Of a DNA stretch of 64,000 nucleotides, positions 12,456-24,475 are shown one piece after another; positions within the stretch are counted from its first letter, which is position 1; each line of letters opens with the position of its first letter. The DNA is taken from the NCBI RefSeq assembly GCF_006345805.1, contig NC_043002.1:61690001-61754000 (forward strand), written 5' to 3'. A program made the translations under genes and the position numbers. The notes under the pieces were generated by a model. It saw only the letters and a program-made list of their open reading frames with translations, had not been told where the DNA came from and made no database searches. Source of the DNA: Octopus sinensis. Lineage: Eukaryota.

Positions 12456-12892
12456 ACTGCTGAGTATGACACCCAAAGAAACAGAAATACATATTTAGCA
12501 TTTTCACCTCTACTGCCAGAGACTTTTCTTATGATATGATGCATTACCATCCTTTTTAACACTATACGTCTATATGCGATTCGCCCGCGAGGGAAATACC
12601 ACAGATTCCATGCCGCCTACAGAAAATCAGCGTTAACAATGGTATACAGGTTGTAATAATAAGACTAAGCCATATACAAAATTATCGACTGTATTTAAAT
12701 GCTGAACACTGCCAAGAATTTGAGAATTTGATCCTTCTAAAAGACTATTGATTCCTATCCATAATGCAGATTATTGCATTTATGAATGCTATACAATATA
12801 TAGCATCAGCTACTAAAGACACAAAAGGCCGCAAAGTTATTCGGTTATTAAGGCGCAGTAAATACTGTCGCTTGGCCTGGAACTTATAAAGA

Positions 12893-13095
12893 CGGTCACA
12901 CAGATTCTATGGCATATGAGTGACCGAGATCGCAACATCGTTCTTGGACGGGATGCCAGTCCTTCTCAGGTTTATTTATATACTGCTGAATGGACTGAAG
13001 CAACATGAAAGAAAGTGTTTTGCTTAAGAACACAACGTGCATCCTGGTCCGGGAATCGAAACCACGCTTGACGTCGCGAACACAACACTCAAACT
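12893..13095 (-). mobile_element. tRNA-headed SINE (head H2 + T1-like tail)
   Basis: H2 domain followed by GGACTGGCATCCCGTCC...ATATGCCATAGAA, similar to the tail of the 4615 element. Confidence 0.65.
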
Positions 13096-14229
13096 GTTAT
13101 GTCAAATTCCAGTTTCTTGGAGTAACTCATAACATTTTCACTGAATAAAATCATTTCAACATAGCACTGTACCAAAAATATCTCCGTTTTAAAGACAGTA
13201 TTCAACAGTCTGAGGGCTGTTTAGTCACAATTTATTGCAGATCGCATGACCGCTTGTTTTATGTGCTTTAATGTATTGTAATGACACATGGCTGACACTT
13301 GCAAGTGTATACCGCTTCCAAAAACATCTTTGCATTAGAAAACATTCATTATTTACCAGAAAGTTATTCAGTATGTTAAAGCCTTGTGATTATTCTCGAT
13401 AGCATTTCTAATTTCTGCGCTCTTGCAATACTTTATTAATGCTAGCTTATGATTCGATATTGTTTCATTAGTATTTTTGATTACGTGTTCATTGTGTTGA
13501 AGTTAATTATTTCGATCATGTAATATAATTTCCGTTGAATGCAATTTTTATTGGCTATTATGCATCTAAGTATATGCGTACGTGTATGTACGTGTGTTTA
13601 TGCTCCCCTCTGTGTATCTGTGTATGCATTAGTTTCTCTATTTTCTAGTTTCCTATACCAAACTATTTGTATATCTATTATTAACTAAATTTGTTTCATT
13701 ACATTAAGTGTTTCATACATGAAAGATAATCAGATAGCTTTCTAAACGCTAGTCAATAATATACAAATAAGTTACTATACCACACCAAAATAAATTCAAC
13801 GCAATAAACACAATATTTACAACGTCAAGAATCAACAAACAATATCACACAACATAAATCAAAGCTAACTGAGAAGGCAAATTAATTGACATTAGGCGTA
13901 TCTTACAGAGAATAGAGTAAAAATGGAATAGGATATTAATCATAGAAAATATATTAATCTCTCTTTATAAAATACATTACAAAACTTGACGTAAGAACAA
14001 AGAAAGACCAGTCATAACATTTGAAAATATTTGCTGACTATTGAGGTATATGTAATGTTAATGGTCAACAATTTAGAATACAACGATGACAAAACATTCA
14101 TGAAAGCATCGTCATTCTTGGTTGAAACGACGCGGCTGAAAGTTACCTCTAAATAACTATCAAATGCAGAATAAATCTCTGTATTATCAAACGCCCTTCA
14201 ATAAATATTTGCCAGTTTAAGCGCAAAAG

Positions 14230-14400
14230 CCTTAAAAGTTTTCGAGGGAGACACGCTAATCGACTGCATTGTTCTTAATGTTCGTCTGTTACTTACTTTG
14301 TCGACATCACATCGATGAAATGTAAAGTCGACTTCGATGGAATTTTAATTCAGAACGTAAAGTCGAAGCGTGTGACGATTTTGCTAACTTGAAGCTTTGC
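14230..14400 (-). mobile_element. Degenerate SINE family B
   Basis: GTCGACTTCGATGGAATTTTAATTCAGAACGTAAAG matches family B. Confidence 0.6.
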
Positions 14401-14757
14401 TAGAGGCAACGAAGCAAATGTCTCAAATCAGACAACGCAATCATTTAAAATGGAGGGGCCATTTTAAAAATGTAATAAAAATATCTGATGTCCCGCGGGG
14501 AAATATAGACAGTGTTAAAACAGCTACAACCAATTAGAACATAGTGTCTGTCTAGTCAGAGATGATCAGAACGACAACAGCAACAACAACAAAGTAACAA
14601 CAGCAATAAATCACTGGGTTTCAACGGTCACCCTCATACGACTCACCACCCGTCAAATGTGACTTGATTTCGTTGCAATTGCTGCTAGAGTCCTATGTAA
14701 AATTACATTAAAGTAATTCCATCTGTATATATAATCAAATGACCCATAATGCAATCG

Positions 14758-15136
14758 TGGCTCTCCGTCAGTTACGACGACGAGGCTTCCAGTTGATCCG
14801 ATCAACGGAACAGCCCGCACGTGAAATTAACGTGCAAGTGGATGAGCACTCCATAGACACGTGTGCCCTTAACGTAGTTCTCGGGGGAAATTCACCGTGA
14901 CGCAGAGTGTGACAAGGCTGGCACTTTGAAATACAGGCACAACAGAAACAGGAAGAAAGAGTGAGAGAAAGTTGTGGTGAAGGAGTACAGCATGGTTCGC
15001 CACCACCCAATGCCGGTGTCTCGTGGAGCTTTAGGTGTTTTCGCTCAATAAACACTGACATCGCCCATTCTGGGAATCGAAACCACGATCCTATGACCTC
15101 GCGTACGCTGCCCTAACCACTGGGCCATTGCGCCTC
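14758..15136 (-). mobile_element. tRNA-headed SINE (head H1 + tail T2)
   Basis: Head TGGCCCAGTGG/GGTTTCGATTCCC like 4615; tail CCTTGTCACACT...CGTCGTCGTAACTGACGGAG like 21158. Confidence 0.85.
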
Positions 15137-15313
15137 TTCCATAATGTAATATATGTACAATGTAAAGCTTTGCTTATAAAATGGAGTACGCCAAACACAA
15201 AATATACTAAATCATAACCAAGCAATCATTAGAAGGTTTACACATATTTCGTTTAAATTTCTTGTACATTATTTACATTTGACAGATATTTGTCCTCATC
15301 TTGTTTGTTCTTA

Positions 15314-15357
15314 ACACAACGTTTCGGCTGATATACCCTCCATCGTTCATCAGGCGT
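15314..15357 (-). ncRNA. Minimal type I hammerhead ribozyme motif (stem II damaged)
   Basis: ACGC CTGATGA A CGATG GAGGGTATAT CAGCC GAAAC GT T GTGT. Confidence 0.65.
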
Positions 15358-15413
15358 TTGGGGAAATTTTGAACCTGGGATCTCATTCCTAATTTTTAGA
15401 TGTTATTATTATA

Positions 15414-15491
<78 letters not shown>

Positions 15492-15557
15492 TTACTGTCT
15501 GGAATCGAACTCGGAATCTTGGGGCTTGTTCGATTCAATGCACTAACCTGAGTAATA

Positions 15558-15616
<59 letters not shown>

Positions 15617-15632
15617 CAACAACAACAACAAC

Positions 15633-15718
<86 letters not shown>

Positions 15719-15777
15719 CAACAACAACATCGAAAAATACCTTAGTAATGAGAACACAGGTTCGAAATTGCCCCAAG

Positions 15778-15820
15778 ACACCTGATGAATGCTGCAAGGT
15801 ATATCAGCCGAAATGTGGTA
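15778..15820 (+). ncRNA. Minimal hammerhead motif (CGT of the stem III/cleavage region deleted)
   Basis: ACAC CTGATGA A TGCTG CAAGGTATAT CAGCC GAAA---TGTGG. Confidence 0.55.
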
Positions 15821-15926
15821 ACAACAAACAAGATGAGGACAAACATCTGTCAAATGTAAATAATGTAAATAATATGCATAATCCCTCATCTCTTAAATAT
15901 AGAACTGAAATTTATGTATATATATA

Positions 15927-16789
15927 CACGTTGTCTGGTCCAGAAGTAAACGAACTGTTGCTATTGTAACGAAGATAAAGCACGGAGAGTGAAGCCACTT
16001 GGTACATATTGATCTCGAACTCAGCTGTGCATGCGCCCAAAGTTTTTACGTTGTAGCTTACTTCCGCTGCTTACAGCAGTGCTTGGAATTAACGTGTGTA
16101 GCGTGTGATCATCGCATTGAACATGGCAGAGGAAGCTGAGCAGACAAAACTGCATCAACTTTTGCCAAAACCTTGGCGATACCAGCTCACACGTCTACGC
16201 AAAGTTTTCAAAACTTTTCGTCCTTCTCGACACAATCAACGGCATCTTGTGCAACTGAAACCCGAGTGTGTTTTTGGTCAGCAAAAAGCAGTTTTCTCAG
16301 AAAATTGGTAGACACACGTCTTATACTTAAATCTTCGGTGATAATGGACTGAACTAAACCGTAACTAATCTGCACATCCTCTGACAACTCACGGAGGCGC
16401 ACCTGCGAAGTTTTTCTCAGTTCTGCAGGTTGCGGGTCTCCCAGAACGTTCGTCAATATCGACATTTCTTCGGCCACTTTGGAAACGTGTGAACCACTCG
16501 TACACTTGTGTGTGGCTCATACACTCTTCTCCAAACACTTTCTGCAACTTTGCATAGGCTTCTGAGCAGGTATCGCCATGACAACTTTCTCTATCATAGT
16601 CAATTCGACGATCACACACTACACACCTTCCTTCCAAGCATTGCTGTAAAAAGCAGAAGTGAGCTAAACATTGAAACTTAGTACACATCACAGCATCACT
16701 CAAGGTCAACCTGTGCCAAGCAGCTTTACTCTTCATGCTTTAGCTTCGTTACTATGACAACAGTCCTTATACTTATTGATCAGATCTCC
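15927..16789 (-). mobile_element. Non-autonomous mariner derivative built from two inverted 5' ends
   Basis: - strand transposase N-terminus GDTCSEAYAKLQKVFGEECMSHTQVYEWFTRFQSGRRNVDIDERSGRP; mariner-type TIR GGAGATCTGATCAATAAGTAT next to TA; the left end repeats the TIR, 5'UTR and first codons on +; no DD34D domain. Confidence 0.85.
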
Positions 16790-17414
16790 TACATGTATAT
16801 ATGTACAATTATATATATAATATATATATATAAATATATCATTATACATACGTATATTTTATATAAAGACGCACACACAAACTTAATTGCATTACGTTCA
16901 TAATTGTCACCATCGACTTCATTATCATCATTACCATCTCCATCAACGCCTCCATTATATGCGTTCTTCTGATCATCATCACCATCGTCATTTGTTTGTT
17001 TCCCAAATCTCCTCATTTGCTGTTACTTCACGTGGTTGTTTCTCGTTTCTTTACATACGTCTTAAGCCGTATCTTTTATTCTCACCATCACTACCTCCTC
17101 CTTCAGCAATTCTTTTAACGTTTCTTCTCATTTCTCGCCCCTCTCTTTCCTTCTATATCTTCCGCATATATAAATTTTCTCCTTGTCAAGTATCGAAGAC
17201 TAAATCATATCTGATTTCATATATTTCTCATTCGTCTTTCTTTTCCCTTTTGGTCATTTTGTTTTGCTTGATTTTCTTTTCTTTTTTTTTTTAGATTTTT
17301 TAAACTTTTCTTTTTTTTGTCTTTTATGTTCTTGGCTTTCTGCTCGTCTTTCTTAGCTTTATTATCTGATATGCTGAGACATTTATTACTATTAGCACCG
17401 TTTCCCTATTTAAA

Positions 17415-17514
17415 TTCTTCTTCTTCTTCTTCTTCTTCTTCTTCTTCTTCTTCTTCTTCTTCTTCTTCTTCTTCTTCTTCTTCTTCTTCTTCTCTTCTTC
17501 TTCTTCTTCTTCTA

Positions 17515-17562
<48 letters not shown>

Positions 17563-17810
17563 TGTTATTATTATTATTAGTTGTTGTAGTAGTAGTAGTA
17601 TTCTTATTATCATTATTATAATCATTACCATCAGTATTTTTCTTCTTCTTCTTCATCTTATTATTATTATTATTATTATCATTATTATTATCAATATTAG
17701 CATTATTATTATTTACCGCCATCATCATCATCATCATCATCATCATCATTACCGCCACTACCACCACCACCACCACCACCGCCGCCGCTATCATCATCAT
17801 CGTCATCATC
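17415..17810. repeat. Compound trinucleotide microsatellite (TCT/ATT/CAT/CAC)
   Basis: Direct reading. Confidence 0.95.
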
Positions 17811-18590
17811 AATAGTGATATAAAACTAAATGCACTAGGATGACATTCGTTTTTCTTATTTCATTAACATGAATATTATGAGTATTAGAAACAACAACAC
17901 CAATAACAATAAAAACAGCACCACCAACAGCAGCAGCAACAGCAAAGATAACGCTGCGTTTCATAATTACCATTATCTACTCATGCTATTGTCTAAAATT
18001 GCCTGAAGCTTCTTCTAGAAAATACCGCAATGACCACGCCTTAAAACTCGTTTTGTAGATGTTGTTTATATAATTCCCTCTCCCTATTAAAAATATTTAT
18101 TGTTAAGAAGGGTAAAAGAAAAAAAAAATGTAGGAAAAATAAAATTATCATTTTCTATCAAAACGTATATTTAATAATATCTAGCAGAAATACATGTCAA
18201 CTTACGCTGCTAAAACTATTTCTAAAGTATTAGAGCAAAAAATAAAAAAAAATTAAAAATTAAAAAATAAATACAACGGAAAAAGATGAAAGTACGAAAA
18301 GAAGTATGAAGTATCAAAGATGACATTAGCATCACTTCAGGGGAGATAAATCCCTGAATTATAAAGCTATAATTATAATCCACTTGACACACATAATGCT
18401 AGTGCTGAAAACATATATGTGTGTGTGTGTGTATGTGAGTGTGTGTGTGTGTGTGTGTTTGAGTATATATATATATATATAACATATATATCATATATAC
18501 ACACAGTTATATATATACATATATATATATATATATAATCTTATATGTATATATATGTGTGTATATATATAATATAAATATATTATATAT

Positions 18591-20720
18591 ACAAGAACAA
18601 AATCCCCAGAGAGAGGAAAATTTTAATGAGACGGCGTACGAAATTTTCAAATCGCCTGAACAAACAGATTGAAAGCAGTGAAAAGTCCCGCATAAAAATA
18701 AAACTGTTGGAAATCGAAAAATGTCTGCAACTCTCCCATGAAAAAGAAAGAGCAGACAAAGAAGCCTGGGCTATAGAAAACATAAAATCTAACCCCAGAG
18801 CTTTCTACAGGTATGCCAAAGAAACAGCTACAGTGCACTGTAGAATAGGGCCACTCCTCGAAAAGGATGGCACACTTACAGGAAACCAATGAGGGAAAGT
18901 GAAATACTGAATGAGCAATTCAGAGTGTTTTCACTCCACCCCTTGGGCATCTCCAAATCACCAATCCAACTGACTTTTTTACCACTGCAGATATAAAATC
19001 AGAGGCGGCGACGATAGATTACATCGATATAAAGGAAGACGATGTAACCAAGGCTATAGATGAAATGAAAAACAGACTCAGCTACTGCCCCGATGGATTC
19101 CCGGCAATCCTCCTAAAAGCATGTAAGAGAGTCCTAGCAAGACCACTGCAGTTCCTCTTTCAGAGCTTCCTTGCAGCTGGCAAACTCCAGGAAAACTGAA
19201 GGAAGGTAAAATATGCCCCATTCATAAAGGAGGTAGCAGAGCGGAAGCCAAGAACTATAGACCTATCTCTCTGACCTCACACATCAGCAAGGTCATGGAA
19301 CGAATAGTCAGAAGGAAGCTGATCACCTTCCTTGAAGAGAATGACTTGCTGCCCGACACCCAACATGGTTTCCGACCAGGGAGAAGCTGTTTAACTCAGC
19401 TCCTACAACACTATGACTGGGTGCTGAAACGGCTGCTCAACCACTCAAATGTGGAAGTGATATATCTCTACTTGCAAAGGCCTTTGATAAAGTCGATCAT
19501 GGAATGATATTTCACAAAACTGCGTGATCTCAACATAGTTGGAAAACTGGGAGAATGGCTTCATGACTTTCTGAAGGATAGAAGTCAGGTGGTATTAGCC
19601 AATGGGGCCACTCCATTAACACACAAATAGTGAGCGGTGTTCCGCAGGGCACTGTTCTGGGACCACTACTGTTCATAATGGCCCTCTCAGACATGCCCTC
19701 AGCCACGCAGAGAGCCACGATCACAAGTTATGCAGATGATACAAAAGTTTCACAGGAAATACAGACCCTGAGGACACTAACCACCTGCAATGTGAGCTGG
19801 ACGAAATATACAAGTGGGCTGAAAAGAATAGCATGCAGTTCAATGCTGGAAAGTTTCAAGCTTTATACTATCAGCATGAAAAACTGAATGCAATACCCAA
19901 TGAATACACTGGACCCGGAGGGATTGCAATCCCAGAGGCACAATCAGTGCGTGACCTGGGTATTCACATGAGTGATGACGCGACCTTTCATGTACATGTT
20001 GCTAAACTGACAATGAAATGTAGACGGCTGGCTGGATGGATTCTTAGAACCTTTAGAACAAGAGAACAAGAAACCATGATGGTCCTCTGGAAGACACTTG
20101 TCCTAAGCCACTTTGACTATTGCTCTCAGCTATGGTCACCATCCAGTGTCAAGTTGATCACAGAACTTGAGGCGATCCAACGAAGCTACACAAAGAAGAT
20201 AGCCTCTATGCAGAATGTAAGCTACTGGGAAAGACTCAAGAGATTAAAATTATATTCCCTGGAGCGTAGGCGGAGATATGCCATAATATACATCTGGAAG
20301 ATCCTGGAGGGAAGGTCCTGAACTTTGGCATCGAGAGTTACGCAAATGCCTGAACTGGGCGCCACTGCGTGGTGCCTAGGACTCCAAACCTGCCATCAAG
20401 ATGTAGGACAAGATTCTGTGATAGCCTGGGCTTCCGAGGCCCAGCTCTTCAATATCCTCCCGAGAACCTGAGAGACCTGCATGGGGTGGATACATATGTC
20501 TTTAAAATGAAGCTGGATCTCTTCCTGTCAGGTGTCCCAGATGAACGAACTTCACGGCAGGAGGGACAGATGAGGGCAGCTGCATCGAACTCTCTCATGC
20601 ACCAAATAGCAGTCGCTAGAAAGCCTCCATGAAGTGAAACCAAGTAGCAACACCAAATGGCCGTGCCCCAGCATGGCCACAGCTCATAAGCTGAAACTAG
20701 AATCAATCAATCAATCAAAA
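18591..20720 (+). mobile_element. 5'-truncated CR1/L2-group LINE (RT pseudogene) with (AATC)n tail
   Basis: KNYRPISLTS, QHGFRPGRSC, KAFDKVDHG, SGVPQGTVLGPLLF, YADDTK, VRDLGI, LKLYSLERRR; several frameshifts and stops. Confidence 0.92.
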
Positions 20721-21157
20721 TACACATATATACATACATGTGTATGTATGTGCGCATGTATAACATATATATATATATATATATATATGTGCATATATAT
20801 GTGGGTGTGTATGATTGCATGTGTTTATGTGTGTGTGTGTGTATTTAATTTCACTTAGCCGCATAGATTATAATAACTTATTCTTAGAACGCATTATCCA
20901 TGTGATTGAGTTAAAGAATCTGGTAGGTACAGTGCAGAATAGGGATCATTAAAGGTCGAGTGAGCAAGAATTAGATCCTCTGCTTCATTGTATAATAGTT
21001 ATTTTTGCTACAACAAGCAATGCACAGAGACGTGGATGCTTGTGTATCTCTTATAGCTTCCTTGGAGCTATCAAATGATGGACAACGACACAAGTGTGAG
21101 TGCACAACCACTTATTGCAGAAACAAGTGTTAGCTAATGAAGTACATTAGGCAATAT

Positions 21158-21478
21158 GAAGGCGCGTGGCTTAGTGGTTAGGGTATTCGGCTCACGATTG
21201 TAATGTCGTGAGTTCAATTATCGGCGACGCGTTGTGTCCTTGAGCAAGACACTTTGTTTCACTTTGCTCCAGTCGCCTCATCTGGCAAAAATTAGTTGCT
21301 CCTGCATTTGAAAGGGCCGACCTTGTCACACTGTGTGTCACGCTGAATTTCCTTAAGAAGTATGTTATGGGTACACGTGTCTGTGGATTGCTCAGTCATT
21401 TGCACGTTAATATCAAGAGCAAGCTGTTCCGAGATCGCATCAGCTGGGATCCTCGTCGTCCTAACCGACGGAGTGCTC
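21158..21478 (+). mobile_element. tRNA-headed SINE (head H2 + tail T2)
   Basis: GAAGGCGCGTGGCTTAGTGG head, TGTGTCCTTGAGCAAGACACTT domain, tail shared with 14758. Confidence 0.85.
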
Positions 21479-21565
21479 CTGCAATTGCCAGTTTCTGTTC
21501 AATTTTCATTCAGTTAATACGTATATGCCTGAGACTTAACGTGCTTATTTGTGCGTTTCATGAAG

Positions 21566-21600
<35 letters not shown>

Positions 21601-21604
<4 letters not shown>

Positions 21605-22001
21605 CGCAGGAGTGGCTGTGTGGTAGGTAGCTTGCTAACCAACTACATGGTTCCAGGTTCAGTCCCACTGCGTGGCATCTTGGGCAAGTGTCTTCTGCTA
21701 TAGCCCTGGGCCGACCAATGCCTTGTGAGTGGATTTGGTAGACGGAAACTGAAAGAAGCCTGTCGTACATATCTATATATATATATATGTATGTGTGTGT
21801 CTGTGTTTGACCCCCTAGCGTTGCTTGAAAACCGATGTTGGTGTGTTTATGTCCCCGTTACCTAGCGGTTTGGCAAAAGAGACCGATAGAATAAGTACTG
21901 GGCTTACAAAGAATAAGTCCCGGGGTCGACTTGCTCGACTAAAGGCGGTGCTCCAGCATAGCCTGGGTCAAATGACTGAAACAAGTAAAAGAGTAAAAGA
22001 G
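21601..22001 (+). mobile_element. Full-length SINE family A
   Basis: Head, CORE-like centre, internal TA/TG microsatellite, and tail ending GGCGGTGCTCCAGCATAGCC...GACTGAAACAAGTAAAAGAG. Confidence 0.9.
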
Positions 22002-22128
22002 TATATATATATATAGTATATATATATATCTAATATATATATATATATAGTATATATATATATATAAAGAGTATTATATATATATATATATGGGTCAAAT
22101 GACTGAAACAATTAAAAGAGTAAAAGAG

Positions 22129-22162
<34 letters not shown>

Positions 22163-22192
22163 TATATATACTCTTTTACTCTTTTACTTGTT

Positions 22193-22225
<33 letters not shown>

Positions 22226-22229
22226 TATA

Positions 22230-22351
22230 TGACTCTTTTACTCTTTTACGTTTCAGTCATTTGACCCAGGCTATGCTGGAGCACCGCCTTTAGTCGAGCA
22301 AATCGACCCGGGACTTATTCTTTGTAAGCCCAGTACTTATTCTATCGGTCT

Positions 22352-22354
<3 letters not shown>
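22230..22354 (-). repeat. Inverted near-identical copy of the SINE A tail at 21873-22001
   Basis: Reverse complement differs at only a few positions; the spacer is TA-rich and contains partial repeats of the tail. Confidence 0.85.
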
Positions 22355-22418
<64 letters not shown>

Positions 22419-22978
22419 CCTACCAGCCATGCAATTAGGTTCTAAAATACATCGTGTACACACGTGTTTACTCCCCGTCTCTAGCGGTTTGGCTATAAAA
22501 TCGACGGAATAAAATGATCAGGATTAAGAACATAGGTACAGGGATCGTTTCTTCCACTATGATTCTTCAACGCTGTTCTCCACCGTGGTTGCAGTCTAAT
22601 CACGTGAAAAATACAAGATATATTCGTATTAATTTAGATTCATATGTATAGCTATGGTATAGATTTAGACCAGAGTGAATATAAATACCTAGTTAAAGCT
22701 ACGGCTTTAATTAAATCTGTCCAGAGTTAACTTCTTCAGTATTTCCCATTGATAACATCTAAAGAGCTAGAAACGCATCTGTGAATCCGACACAGGCAGC
22801 ACTGGACAGATAGTGCTTCAACATCTTTTACAATTCAGGAGAAGTTTATATTTCTGCACGGTAACTACAGTGAATTTGCACTTAGAAGATGAAATATGCC
22901 ACAAAATAAACATATTTTGACTAACATTTGCATATATATGTCTGTGTGTATATATGTATGTGTATAAATGTATAAATG

Positions 22979-23052
<74 letters not shown>

Positions 23053-23373
23053 ATTATATATATAAATACATACGCAGATACATATATGCTTACATTTAGG
23101 TGTGCGTATATACTTGTACTGTGTTTTTTCGTTAGTTTCTATATACAATAATTCTCTTCATTAACAGATATTTCAATGAACTATTTTTCATTTGTTTCCT
23201 TCAAGTGTATCAAACATTTGTTTGGCTTTTGTTGTTGATTATTTGAAGTCCCCATTTCATTGCAAACGCATGCAACACTGATTAAATTTTACGATGTCTT
23301 TGATAAAGAACTTGGAGTATAAATGAATTAGCCAGAACTGATTTCTTATATAATGTTTCTATAGCAAATGTCT

Positions 23374-23473
23374 NNNNNNNNNNNNNNNNNNNNNNNNNNN
23401 NNNNNNNNNNNNNNNNNNNNNNNNNNNNNNNNNNNNNNNNNNNNNNNNNNNNNNNNNNNNNNNNNNNNNNNNN
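23374..23473. other. Assembly gap (100 N)
   Basis: Run of exactly 100 N, typical of a gap of unknown size. Confidence 0.98.
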
Positions 23474-23563
23474 TTTAATATGTTTCTCCCTAATGAGGTT
23501 TTTCACGCTGACTACTTGATAAATTCTTATATACAATTTTATCCTATTTTAAAATTGATATAG

Positions 23564-23607
<44 letters not shown>

Positions 23608-24049
23608 AGATAGATAGATAGATATATACATATACACGTATGTGATTGACTCTCCAATCGGTTTCGATGACGCATGAGTCTCCGACACCGTATTCTTCCT
23701 TTGTCTGTTATAATGTTTTTGTCGAATGTGACGTTTAAGTCCCACTACCGATTTGCCAAGAAGGTCACCAATGTTGCAAGTTTAAGAATTACAGGTCAGT
23801 GTATGTGGTATGTTTGCAACCGCTTTTCTCCTTTGCCTTGCGCCTCTAACCCTAAGACATGTTTACCGAGTTTTATAAAGTTTCATCTTAAATTTAAGCC
23901 ATTCGGATATTGTTGAAAATCTTTTTTTCCGCAGTGAATTTCTTATTAACATTACTGGATTCTTTTTCATGTTTTAACTTGTCTTATATTCGTTTCAATC
24001 ATTGGAATGTTTCCATGCTTGAGTACCGTTATGAAGGATTTGGCAGAAC

Positions 24050-24475
24050 AGATCGATTTAGGACTTACTTTATTCTTTTACTTGTTTCAGTCATTTCACA
24101 AGCGGCCATGCTGGAGCTTCGTCTTTAGTCGAGCAAATCGACCCCGGGGTTTATTCCTTGTAAGCTTAGTACTTATGCTATCGGTTCCTTCTGCCGAACG
24201 GCTAGATTACTGGGACATAAACACATCAACATCGGTTGTCAAGCAATGGGCGGGGACAAAGACAGACACACAAACACACACACAAACACCACCACACACA
24301 CACACACACACACATATACATAGGACGGGCTTCTTTCAGTTCCCATCTCACAAGGCTTTGGTCGGCCCTAGGCTGTAATACAAGACATTTACCCAAGGTG
24401 CCAAGCAATAAGACTGAACCCTGAACCATGTGGTTGGTAGCAAGCTACTTACCACACAGCCATGCCTGCACCATT
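24050..24475 (-). mobile_element. SINE family A, near full length
   Basis: Tail, CA microsatellite and head all match the 21601 copy. Confidence 0.85.

Larger units (their letters stand above)
15265..15867. mobile_element. Head-to-head pair of tRNA-B-box + (TAA)n + hammerhead SINE-like elements (family HHR2)
   Basis: Inverted arms about 15265-15405 and 15725-15867, each with CTGATGA-stemII-GAAA; central B-boxes GAGTTCGATTCC (-, 15501-15512) and GTTCGATTC (+, 15528-15536). Confidence 0.75.

Noticed and set aside
15389-15969. Poly-L/I/N ORFs here and at 17.3-17.8, 49.6-50.9, 51.9-53.9 and 61.4-61.9 kb
   Set aside because: Translations of (TAA)n and other trinucleotide arrays.
16887-17294. 135-aa His/Phe/Ser-rich ORF
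   Set aside because: Low-complexity pyrimidine-rich sequence with a non-ATG start and no domain motif.
18591-20720. LINE, PLE and Dong RT fragments as active genes
   Set aside because: All have multiple frameshifts, stops or truncations; none encodes an intact protein.
21158-21240. tRNA-like sequences at SINE 5' ends (also 12455, 15136, 54770)
   Set aside because: They have A/B boxes but no complete cloverleaf and continue into SINE bodies; they are not tRNA genes.
23282-23536. ORF spanning an X run
   Set aside because: It crosses the 100-N assembly gap.
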